From contig JAZNWF010000035.1 in the NCBI GenBank assembly GCA_045593165.1, positions 10,078 to 74,077 of the forward strand: DNA of 64,000 bases. Direction: 5' to 3'. A program made the position numbers and the translations under genes. This document shows positions 39,332 through 47,646 of this stretch, one piece after another (the stretch's first letter is position 1; every line of letters begins with the position of its first letter). This DNA is from Eubacteriales bacterium. Its GTDB lineage: Bacteria; Bacillota; Clostridia; Oscillospirales; CAG-382. The notes beneath the pieces are model-generated. The model was given only the letters and a program-made list of their open reading frames with translations, did no database searches and was not told the origin of the DNA.

Positions 39332-39658
39332 ATGAAAATCGGTATTACGGATTATGAAGATTACTTGTATGACCATTACAAGAGCCACGGTATTGACAGC
39401 AGTTTGTTTATGAAATTGGTTGAAGAAGTAGGCGAAGTGGCTGAGGTTCTAAACAAACGGGACGGAAGAAAGGCTTCTGATAGTGAAGATCTGAAATCGC
39501 AGTTAGCCAATGAGCTGGCGGATGTTATTCATTATGCTTTCGCGATTGCATCATTAAATCAAATCGATTTGAATGATGTTATTTTAGAGAAGGACAAAAT
39601 AGCCTCCATAAAGTACCATCACGAAAGAAATCTTGAGCAGTTTATGGAAGCAAGATAA
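39332..39658 (+). CDS. MazG-like nucleotide pyrophosphohydrolase (cargo of element copy 2)
   Basis: ATG at 39332 after ggag; KLVEEVGEVAE...ELADV all-alpha NTP-PPase motif; AT-rich. Confidence 0.85.
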   Translation: MKIGITDYEDYLYDHYKSHGIDSSLFMKLVEEVGEVAEVLNKRDGRKASDSEDLKSQLANELADVIHYAFAIASLNQIDLNDVILEKDKIASIKYHHERNLEQFMEAR

Positions 39659-39755
39659 ACTATATTTTTCTAACAGAAAAACCCGACGGACTTTGTAAAT
39701 CCGTCGGGTTTTTAATATACTCATGAGAACCTCTCGCAAGCAGTTCCTTTTCTTT

Positions 39756-41630
39756 TTACTTTCTTTTGGGTTTTCTTTTATTATTGCCTTGCTTTTTATC
39801 TGTCGGCTTTTGCTTTTTGCGGAAATCGCCCTTATTATCAAAGCGCTTCGGCGGTTCGGGCCGCACAAGGCAATCCTTGCCAAAGCCGATAAGGTCTTCC
39901 CTTCCTGCCTTTATCAACGCCTTACGCACAAGGTGTGCGTTTGCGGGGCGGGCGAACTGAAGCAAAGCGCGTTGCATCTGCTTTTCTCCGTAATCGCGCG
40001 CAACGTAAACGTCCTTACCCGTGGCAGGGTCGATGCCCGTATAGAACATACAGGTCGAAGCGGTGCCGGGCGTGGGATAAAAATCCTGAACCTGCTCGGG
40101 ATTGAGATTATTCTTCTTTAAATACAGCGCGAGCTCTATTGCCGATTCGAGCGTACTGCCGGGGTGCGAGGATATAAGATAGGGTACGATGTACTGCTCC
40201 TTGCCCGCTTCCTTGGTAAGCTGTGCAAAGCGTGATTTAAATTTATCGTATTCCTCGATAGGCGGCTTGCCCATTAACGCAAGCACGTCGTTACAGCAAT
40301 GCTCGGGCGCGACCTTCAGATGACCGCTGACGTGGTCGTTTACTAATTTGCGGAAGAATTTCGGGTTTTTATCGGCAAGAATATAATCGTATCTCAAGCC
40401 CGAACGGATAAACACCTTTTTAACCTTGGGAACAGCCTCGACCGCCTTAAGCAAATCGATATATTCGCTGTGGTCGACGTGCATATTCTTGCACACAGTG
40501 GGCGTTAAGCAGTTTTTGCCCTTGCAGACGCCAAGCTTTTTCGCTTTTTCACATCCGTTCGTGCGGAAATTCGCGCTCGGGCCGCCGACGTCGTGGATAT
40601 AGCCCTTGAATTCGGGCATAGCCGCAATCGTTTCCGCCTCGGCAACGCAGGATTCAATAGAGCGCGAGGTAACGGTTCTGCCCTGATGGAACGCGATCGA
40701 GCAGAAGCTGCAGCCGCCGAAGCAGCCGCGGTTATGGGTTATCGAGAATTTAACCTCCTCGATACCGGGAATACCGCCGAGCTTTTCGTAGCTCGGGTGG
40801 TAGGTGCGCATATACGGAAGCGAATAGACGGCGTCGAGCTCCTTGCGGGTAAGCGGCGGCATAGGCGGATTCTGAACAAGCACCTTTTCGCCGTAGCCCT
40901 CACATATCGCCTTGCCGTATACGTGGTCTTGATTGTCGGATTGTATTTTAAACGCTTTTGCGAATGCGCGCTTATCGGTTTTTATATCATCAAATTCACC
41001 GCAGGAAACGTGTTCGAAATGCGGGGTAAACTCGCGCGATTCCAAAAAGCAGGTGCCGCGCACGTCGCGTATCTTCTTTATCGGAACACCCTTATCGAGC
41101 AGGAACGCGATACGTCTTAAAATATTTTCGCCCATACCGTAGGTGAGCATATCTGCGCGCGAATCGACAAGAACGCTTCTTCTTACCGAATCGCTCCAAT
41201 AATCGTAATGAGCAAATCGTCTTGTAGATGCTTCAAGACCGCCCAACACTATCGGCACGTCGCCGTACGCCTCGCGGATGCGGTTACAATATACTATAAC
41301 TGCCCTGTCGGGACGGTATCCGATCTTTCCTCCGGGGGAATAATAATCGTCGTTACGGCGTTTTTTGGACGCGGTATAGTGTGCGACCATCGAATCGATA
41401 TTTCCCGAATTGACTAAAAATGCCAAACGAGGTCGACCGAAACGCATAAAATCCTGCTTGCTTTTATAATCGGGCTGAGGTATAATTGCAACAGAATATC
41501 CCTCCGCCTCAAGCACTCGGGAGATTATTGCCGTGCCGAACGAGGGGTGGTCAACATATGCATCGCCCGTGACGATTATAAAATCGGGCGTATATTCAAT
41601 TTCATTTGGATATATAGGTAAGAACGGCAT
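39756..41630 (-). CDS. ygiQ: YgiQ family radical SAM protein
   Basis: GDAYVDHPSFG, GLEAS.RR.AHYDYW, RGCFGGCSFC, VAPEH, QVQDFYPTP. Confidence 0.92.
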   Translation of the reverse strand: MPFLPIYPNEIEYTPDFIIVTGDAYVDHPSFGTAIISRVLEAEGYSVAIIPQPDYKSKQDFMRFGRPRLAFLVNSGNIDSMVAHYTASKKRRNDDYYSPGGKIGYRPDRAVIVYCNRIREAYGDVPIVLGGLEASTRRFAHYDYWSDSVRRSVLVDSRADMLTYGMGENILRRIAFLLDKGVPIKKIRDVRGTCFLESREFTPHFEHVSCGEFDDIKTDKRAFAKAFKIQSDNQDHVYGKAICEGYGEKVLVQNPPMPPLTRKELDAVYSLPYMRTYHPSYEKLGGIPGIEEVKFSITHNRGCFGGCSFCSIAFHQGRTVTSRSIESCVAEAETIAAMPEFKGYIHDVGGPSANFRTNGCEKAKKLGVCKGKNCLTPTVCKNMHVDHSEYIDLLKAVEAVPKVKKVFIRSGLRYDYILADKNPKFFRKLVNDHVSGHLKVAPEHCCNDVLALMGKPPIEEYDKFKSRFAQLTKEAGKEQYIVPYLISSHPGSTLESAIELALYLKKNNLNPEQVQDFYPTPGTASTCMFYTGIDPATGKDVYVARDYGEKQMQRALLQFARPANAHLVRKALIKAGREDLIGFGKDCLVRPEPPKRFDNKGDFRKKQKPTDKKQGNNKRKPKRK

Positions 41631-41708
41631 TTGAATATGCTCCTTTTGGTTGTCAATCGCATTTTACCATTTATAAATAAAAAAGTAAAGAAAAACGTAA
41701 AATTTCTA

Positions 41709-41760
41709 TTGACAAACGCTTTTATATATGATATATTCTTAATAGAAATTATTCTTATTA
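41709..41760 (+). promoter_or_regulatory. sigmaA promoter plus a Fur/Per-box-like palindrome
   Basis: TTGACA-N17-TATATT; imperfect inverted repeat taatagaaat-t-attcttatta just before the RBS. Confidence 0.65.
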
Positions 41761-41770
41761 AGGAGTCTGC

Positions 41771-42169
41771 ATGATAAAGGAGCGCAACACGAAGCAAAAA
41801 ACGCTTATACTTTCCGCGGTGCGTGAATCGTGCAAGCACCCCACGGCAGAGCAGGTACACGCAGGGCTCGCGCCCGAATTTCCGGGGCTTTCGTTGGGCA
41901 CGGTATACCGCAATCTGAACCGTCTTGCCGAGCTCGGCACGATAAGGCGGATATCGGTTACCAATTCCCCCGACCGTTTCGACGGAAACATGACACCGCA
42001 CAACCATATCTGCTGTTTGAATTGCGGCGAGTTTGCCGACGATTTCGACACCCCCTACAGCGATGAGCTTGATGCACAGATAAGCGAACGCTTCGGGTAC
42101 GAAATAAGCAGACACGAAACCGTATTTTACGGCACCTGTCCAAAATGTAAAATAATAAAAATAAATTAA
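41771..42169 (+). CDS. Fur family regulator, probably PerR
   Basis: [19 protein letters not shown]-terminal C..C; lies upstream of rubrerythrin. Confidence 0.9.
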   Translation: MIKERNTKQKTLILSAVRESCKHPTAEQVHAGLAPEFPGLSLGTVYRNLNRLAELGTIRRISVTNSPDRFDGNMTPHNHICCLNCGEFADDFDTPYSDELDAQISERFGYEISRHETVFYGTCPKCKIIKIN

Positions 42170-42189
42170 CAAATCTAAGGAGAAACACT

Positions 42190-42729
42190 ATGGAACTCAG
42201 AGGCAGCAAGACCGAACAGAATCTTATGACCGCATTCGCAGGCGAATCGCAGGCTCGTAACAAGTACACCTATTATGCAAGCGAAGCTAAAAAAGCCGGC
42301 TACACCGTTATCGCTGACATTTTCGAAGAAACCGCAGGTAACGAAAAGGAACACGCAAAGCTTTGGTTCAAGCTTCTTCACGACGGTAAGGTGCCCGACA
42401 CCATGACCAACCTTCTCGACGCGGCTGAAGGCGAAAACTACGAATGGACCGATATGTACGCAGGCTTTGCAAAGACCGCAAAGGAAGAGGGCTTCGACAG
42501 AATCGCATACCTCTTTGAAGCAGTAGGCAAGATCGAAAAGGAACACGAGGAAAGATACAGAGCGCTTCTCGATAAGCTCGGCAAGGAAGAAATCTTTATC
42601 TCCGAAGAGGTTCAGATCTGGATCTGCACCAACTGCGGCCACACCCACGTAGGCAAGAAGGCTCCCGAAATGTGCCCCGTTTGCCAGCATCCGAAGTCTT
42701 ACTTCCAGAAGAAAGTAAACAAGTTTTAA
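42190..42729 (+). CDS. rbr: Rubrerythrin
   Basis: [21 protein letters not shown]...CPVC. Confidence 0.95.
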   Translation: MELRGSKTEQNLMTAFAGESQARNKYTYYASEAKKAGYTVIADIFEETAGNEKEHAKLWFKLLHDGKVPDTMTNLLDAAEGENYEWTDMYAGFAKTAKEEGFDRIAYLFEAVGKIEKEHEERYRALLDKLGKEEIFISEEVQIWICTNCGHTHVGKKAPEMCPVCQHPKSYFQKKVNKF

Positions 42730-42755
42730 TCGCTGCGCTCTCAATCAAAAACAAA

Positions 42756-42800
42756 AGCCAAATACAAAAAGCAGAGGATAATCCTCTGCTTTTGTTTTTT
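42756..42800. terminator. Bidirectional terminator
   Basis: aaaagcagagga-taa-tcctctgcttttgtttttt. Confidence 0.75.
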
Positions 42801-43233
42801 ATAAATACTGTCTTATCTGCTTTGCAAGATTGTCCTCAAGCCCGATAAGGCGCGTGGCGATGCCCTTGACCTCGTCGTCCGCCTTTGAATATTGGTTCAG
42901 ATAGCGATGGAGCGATTTTACACCCATATTACAGCCGTCGGTGATAAGGTCCGCGGCGGTTTTGTCGGAATCGTTCATCGCCATTTTCATATTCGTCTTC
43001 ATCCAAGACATACTTTTTGCGCAGACAGCAGGCTCTTTACCGTCGTCGCGGTGAACAGACAGCTTGTGCTTTATCTCGCCAAGCAGCGTTTCGTGCTCGT
43101 TGCGGCAATAAGCAAGGTCATCGCGGAATTGCTTTGATTTTACGTTGGGCAGTACCTCGTTTATCGATGATATCCCCATTTTTACGCCCGCATCGCATTC
43201 GCGAAGCAGCTTTACCGTATCGGTTTCGTGCAT
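42799..43233 (-). CDS. Conserved helical (ferritin-like) protein, possibly sporulation-related
   Basis: Start MHETDT at 43233 after GGAGG; internal repeat (G.KMG / G.NMG); upstream GTTTT-N15-GGGAAGAATA resembles a sigmaF promoter. Confidence 0.7.
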   Translation of the reverse strand: MHETDTVKLLRECDAGVKMGISSINEVLPNVKSKQFRDDLAYCRNEHETLLGEIKHKLSVHRDDGKEPAVCAKSMSWMKTNMKMAMNDSDKTAADLITDGCNMGVKSLHRYLNQYSKADDEVKGIATRLIGLEDNLAKQIRQYL

Positions 43234-43320
43234 ATAATAACCTCCGTATTGTTTTTTGTTATTCTTCCCCGAAATTGTCATTTCAAAACGATAATAATTT
43301 TAAAAAAAGCAAACGGCTAA

Positions 43321-43461
43321 GCAGAGCGGCGCAGAATGGACAAAAGCAGACCGACGCTGTACTGAGTACTGCGAGTGTCTGCTTTTGTTCATAGTGAAAA
43401 AACAAAAAGAGAATCGTAAAAAACGATTCTCTTTGTTTTTGAACGTTCTGCGCCGTTCTGC
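43321..43461. repeat. Nested palindromic element: an outer 18-bp inverted repeat enclosing two hairpins, one of them a terminator
   Basis: gcagagcggcgcagaatg / cgttctgcgccgttctgc; acaaaagcagac...gtctgcttttgt; aaagagaatcgt-aaaaa-acgattctcttt. Confidence 0.7.
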
Positions 43462-43470
43462 AAAGTCAAA

Positions 43471-44778
43471 TTATTCGTCGTCTTCTTCGCCGATGTTTAT
43501 CACAGTTCTGGGAATGATGTCACCCGATTTGGTAAGGGCGATCTTGGTGAGCATGGGACCTACAAGCTCGTAGATGAGCACTGCGAAGAGGGTGATGTTA
43601 CGAACGATAACGCCGACCTCGGATCCAAACGCCGCGTTTGCTTCCAAGGCGTATGCCGCAACGATAGCGGACATACCGAGCGCAACGCCTGCCTGCGGGA
43701 AGAGGGTGATACCGAGATATTTAACAATATTCGGCTCGCACTTCATAAATCTTGCGCTCCAGCCCGCGCCGTAGTATTTACCGAGTGCACGTACAAGAAT
43801 ATATACTATACCGATAACGATGATTACGGGGTCCTTGAAAACGTTGAATTCGAGCTCTGCACCCGAGATAACGAAGAAGATGAGGAACAAGGGCGCGGTC
43901 CATTTGTCGGTCTTGCCCATAATTTCATCGGAGAAATCACACATATTGCAGAACACGGTACCGAGCATCATACATACGAGAAGCGAGGAGAATCCGATGT
44001 GAACTCCGCCGATCTCGAACTTGAGCATCGAAAGTGCAACTGCCATAAGCACAAAGGTGATGGAAAGCGTAAGACGCTTACTGTTGGACTTGAAGAACTT
44101 TTCTGCCATAGAGAAGAGCACGCCAAGAACGAAGCCGAGAGCGAGCGAGCAGATAACCTCCAAAAGCGGCTCGACAAGTACGGATACGATGCTCATACCG
44201 TCGGAGCTTCCGAAGGATTTTGCGATACCGAACGAAATAGCGAATACGACCAAGCCGACAGCGTCATCGATAGCAACAACGGGAAGCAAAATGTCGGTTA
44301 GCTTACCCTTTGCCTTATACTGACGTACGACCATCAGGGTTGCCGCGGGTGCGGTTGCCGTTGCAACTGCGCCGAGAATTATTGCCGCTTCAATCGGGAA
44401 TTTATCGGGCATAAGGAAGTGGATACCGACAAGCGCCGCGTCAACCACAACGGTTGCCACAATTGCCTGGAATATACCGATTACGGTTGCCTGCTTACCG
44501 ATCTTTTTGAGCTGGGAGATTCTGAATTCGTCGCCGATGGCGAATGCGATAAAGCCCAAGGCAACGTCGCTTAAAACCTTATATGATTCGATAGAACCGC
44601 TTACAAATCCGAGCCAATTTACTCCGAGCAATTGACCGAGCTGACCCAAGCAATAAGGGCCAACGAGGATACCTGCGATGAGATAGCCGGTAACTGCAGG
44701 AAGTTTTAATTTTTTAACAAGACGCGATAAGAGCAGACCTGCCGTCATCGCTATGCCTATCGGCATTAAAGTTTCCAT
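43471..44778 (-). CDS. Cation:proton antiporter (CPA family)
   Basis: LPAVTGYLIAG.LVGP, ATATAPAAT, VAIDD, PQAGVALG; likely start at 44778. Confidence 0.88.
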   Translation of the reverse strand: METLMPIGIAMTAGLLLSRLVKKLKLPAVTGYLIAGILVGPYCLGQLGQLLGVNWLGFVSGSIESYKVLSDVALGFIAFAIGDEFRISQLKKIGKQATVIGIFQAIVATVVVDAALVGIHFLMPDKFPIEAAIILGAVATATAPAATLMVVRQYKAKGKLTDILLPVVAIDDAVGLVVFAISFGIAKSFGSSDGMSIVSVLVEPLLEVICSLALGFVLGVLFSMAEKFFKSNSKRLTLSITFVLMAVALSMLKFEIGGVHIGFSSLLVCMMLGTVFCNMCDFSDEIMGKTDKWTAPLFLIFFVISGAELEFNVFKDPVIIVIGIVYILVRALGKYYGAGWSARFMKCEPNIVKYLGITLFPQAGVALGMSAIVAAYALEANAAFGSEVGVIVRNITLFAVLIYELVGPMLTKIALTKSGDIIPRTVINIGEEDDE

Positions 44779-44961
44779 ATCTATACCTTCTTTATATTTC
44801 TTTCCAAGGCGAAATATTATCACAATATGAACGAATTTTCAAGGCGTTTTGTCGAATTTGATCATTTTCTCCATTAGACACATCTATCCCGCAATCAAAT
44901 GCGAAAAAAGGGGCAAAATCAACAAAAAAGAACTGCCGTTCACACAGCAGTTCTTGTTTTA

Positions 44962-45840
44962 TCAGGGAATATCCTCAACAATGGTTTCGGGACGCGTATC
45001 CAGAACCCACGGATTACGTATAAGGCTGTTCATATAGCGCAACGAAACGGAATATGCATGTCCGTCTGCGATTCTTTCGTCACAGGAAATGCGGTAATCC
45101 ATATACTTGTTCTTTTTTACGCTTCCGTCGGACTGAACCTCGTATTTGTTATAGCGTTTACCGAATGCAAAGAATATCGGAACGTTGCCGAAATTGTAAA
45201 GGTGATGATAAACCGGCGGAATACCGAGCGAGGCAAGCGAGGTGATGACCATGCTGCCGTGGCAGGGGGATATATCCTTCAACGCCTTGGGGAGCAAGCC
45301 GAAATATTCAAGCATATTCAATATCCACGCGGTGAACTTCATAACAAGTCCGGGAACATAATTGAATGCCTTTGCGATATTTTCGAAATCATCGTTTTCG
45401 TTACGCGCCTTTGTGATAACCTCGTTGGTGATACGGTATACCTCCTCCGCGGTTGCATCGGGCTCAAAATGAAGCTTTACAACGGTATCGTCGGCGTTGA
45501 GCTTCATTTCCTTTTTGATAGTCATAACTATTTCGATATTATTGCGCGCGTAAATACGCTGACCGCGGATAAAGCGGTTCATTTCGGGGTGCTGTGAATA
45601 CATTCTTACGATTGAGGCAAGGAAAACGTGCATCATATTGAAATCCTTCATTCCCTGCTCGCGCTTTTCCTTTATGTATTCCTCTGCTGTAGCGATATCG
45701 AGCGTGCCGGAAAAGAAGTTCGTAGCATCGTTACGTGTTTTCATCAAATAGATGCCGACGTAATGCATCGGGTCGAGCGAGCGGACGCGTCTGCCCTCTT
45801 TTTTGCTCTTCTTTACCGTTTTTTGTTCATTGTTGCTCAT
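44962..45840 (-). CDS. Stand-alone 2-oxoacid dehydrogenase acyltransferase catalytic-domain protein
   Basis: HPEMNRF, GSMVITSLASLG, CDERIADG. Confidence 0.75.
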   Translation of the reverse strand: MSNNEQKTVKKSKKEGRRVRSLDPMHYVGIYLMKTRNDATNFFSGTLDIATAEEYIKEKREQGMKDFNMMHVFLASIVRMYSQHPEMNRFIRGQRIYARNNIEIVMTIKKEMKLNADDTVVKLHFEPDATAEEVYRITNEVITKARNENDDFENIAKAFNYVPGLVMKFTAWILNMLEYFGLLPKALKDISPCHGSMVITSLASLGIPPVYHHLYNFGNVPIFFAFGKRYNKYEVQSDGSVKKNKYMDYRISCDERIADGHAYSVSLRYMNSLIRNPWVLDTRPETIVEDIP

Positions 45841-46016
45841 AAAGGGCCTCCTTGTAAAGGGGGGTGATTACGAATATTTTAACACATATCGCAAAAATTT
45901 GCAACATATATTTACAAAATGCATTATGTTTGAGTGTTTTAGAGATTTAGCACTTGAAATAATGTGAATTTTGTGATATCTTTAAATATACTCTATAAAT
46001 ATTTTTGGAGGAGATT

Positions 46017-47588
46017 ATGAAATACAGCAAACTGTTTTCGGCTCTGCTTGTAATCTGTCTTCTTATCACGCCCGTTTTGGTTGCGTGTGAGACCGATGAT
46101 GGCGAAGGCGGAACAAGCGGTTCGTCATCCCGTGTTGAAGAATCCGACGCTTATACTGCGCAGCTCAGCGGCGACACCTACGACGGTGAAACGGTTACCT
46201 TCTTGACCTGCGGCCCCGGTGACCAGTATGAATCCGAAATTTTGTTCAATACCTATGACGGTTGGAACGAAGCCGACATTTTCTATCCCGAAGCACTCAA
46301 CAATGACCTTGGCGAACGCGCTAACCGTGTAACCGAAACACTTGGCGTAGAGCTCGAGGAAATCCAAATTAAAAATGACTCTGCAAGACCCGGCGGAACA
46401 ATGTATTCCTACATTTACAACGCTTCTATGGCAGAGCTTGATTTCGACATCGTTGTTCCCTGCCTTTACGACGGTGCCGCTTTAGCGATCGAGGGTCTTC
46501 TTTACGACCTTAACTCTATTGAAGGTCTTGACCTTGACGAGCCCTGGTGGAACCAGGAGTTCAGAGAAACCATGACCTTTGGCGGTAAGTTCTATTTCGC
46601 TATCGGCGACATCGGTATAGTGAACAAGAACCACACCGCAGTGCTTTACGTAAACCTTGACCTTTGGAACGCATACGGTCTTTCCGAAGAAAGTAATTTC
46701 GGCGCAAGCCCCTACGATCTTGTTCGTCAGGGCAAATGGACCGTTGACCTTGTATTCGAAGCATCCAAGACAATGAGCGCTGACCTTGACCGAAACGGCT
46801 ATATCAACTACTTGGACGAATTTGGTTGGGGCGGCCAGCTCGACGACACCTGGAGCTTATTCTTCGGTACCGGTGAAAGAGTTGCCAAAGCAGGCGCAGA
46901 CGGCTTCCCCTACTTCTCAATGTATACCGAGCGCAGCTCTAAGTTTATGGACAAAATGCAGGAGCATATGCGAGATAAGGACCACTGCGTTACCTCCAAT
47001 GACTACTTCAGTGTCAGCGCATCTCCCGACGATCTCGTACGCGAGGCTTTCACCGATAGAAGATGTATGTTCTATAACAACGCTTTAGGCGAAATATTCA
47101 AAATAGGCAGAGATATGGAAGACCACTTTGCTATCGTTCCGGTTCCCAAGGGAGACGAGCAGCAGGAAAGCCATTACTCGCTCGTTAACCCGTGGAACGC
47201 AACCTGTATCGCAGTTCCTTTGGCTGTCGACCCCGAAAGACTTCCTATGATTGCAGACGTTTTGGACCTTATGGGTGCAGAAAGCCTTAATACCGTTGCA
47301 ATCAGCTATCAGGAAATTCTCGACTATATGAAGACCCGCGACGACGAATCCAAGGAAATGCTCAACGAGTACATTCTTCCCACTCGCGGATCCGACGTAG
47401 GTCTTGTATTCAGATGGGGCAGCAAGACCAACCCTGCATACAACTTCGGCATGGGCACTCTCCTTCAGCAGATGGCAACCAAACCCATAGGTACCTTCGC
47501 TTCTGAAATTCAGAGGATCCAAGACGGTGTTAGGATAGAAATGCAGAACACCATCGAAGCATTCAAGCAGCCCTCCAAGAAAAATTAA
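46017..47588 (+). CDS. Extracellular solute-binding lipoprotein without adjacent permeases
   Basis: Lipobox LVA-C; LDLDEPWW, PYDLVRQGKWT, DLDRNG, AIVPVPK. Confidence 0.75.
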   Translation: MKYSKLFSALLVICLLITPVLVACETDDGEGGTSGSSSRVEESDAYTAQLSGDTYDGETVTFLTCGPGDQYESEILFNTYDGWNEADIFYPEALNNDLGERANRVTETLGVELEEIQIKNDSARPGGTMYSYIYNASMAELDFDIVVPCLYDGAALAIEGLLYDLNSIEGLDLDEPWWNQEFRETMTFGGKFYFAIGDIGIVNKNHTAVLYVNLDLWNAYGLSEESNFGASPYDLVRQGKWTVDLVFEASKTMSADLDRNGYINYLDEFGWGGQLDDTWSLFFGTGERVAKAGADGFPYFSMYTERSSKFMDKMQEHMRDKDHCVTSNDYFSVSASPDDLVREAFTDRRCMFYNNALGEIFKIGRDMEDHFAIVPVPKGDEQQESHYSLVNPWNATCIAVPLAVDPERLPMIADVLDLMGAESLNTVAISYQEILDYMKTRDDESKEMLNEYILPTRGSDVGLVFRWGSKTNPAYNFGMGTLLQQMATKPIGTFASEIQRIQDGVRIEMQNTIEAFKQPSKKN

Positions 47589-47598
47589 ATAAAATTGT

Positions 47599-47634
47599 GC
47601 CCGAAGCCTTTTGATAGAGGGCTTCGGGCTTTTT
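47599..47634 (+). terminator. Intrinsic terminator
   Basis: gcccgaagcc...ggcttcgggc followed by ttttt. Confidence 0.7.
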
Positions 47635-47646
47635 AACGAGGTAAAT

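Larger units (their letters stand above)
39008..39728 (+). mobile_element. Non-autonomous cargo-carrying element, copy 2, inserted in a terminator
   Basis: Same leader and trailer as 25109-26034; GAGA at 39008 and 39725; removing 39012-39728 restores the hairpin aaaaggaactgtttgcgaga-acc-tctcgcaagcagttcctttt. Confidence 0.78.
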
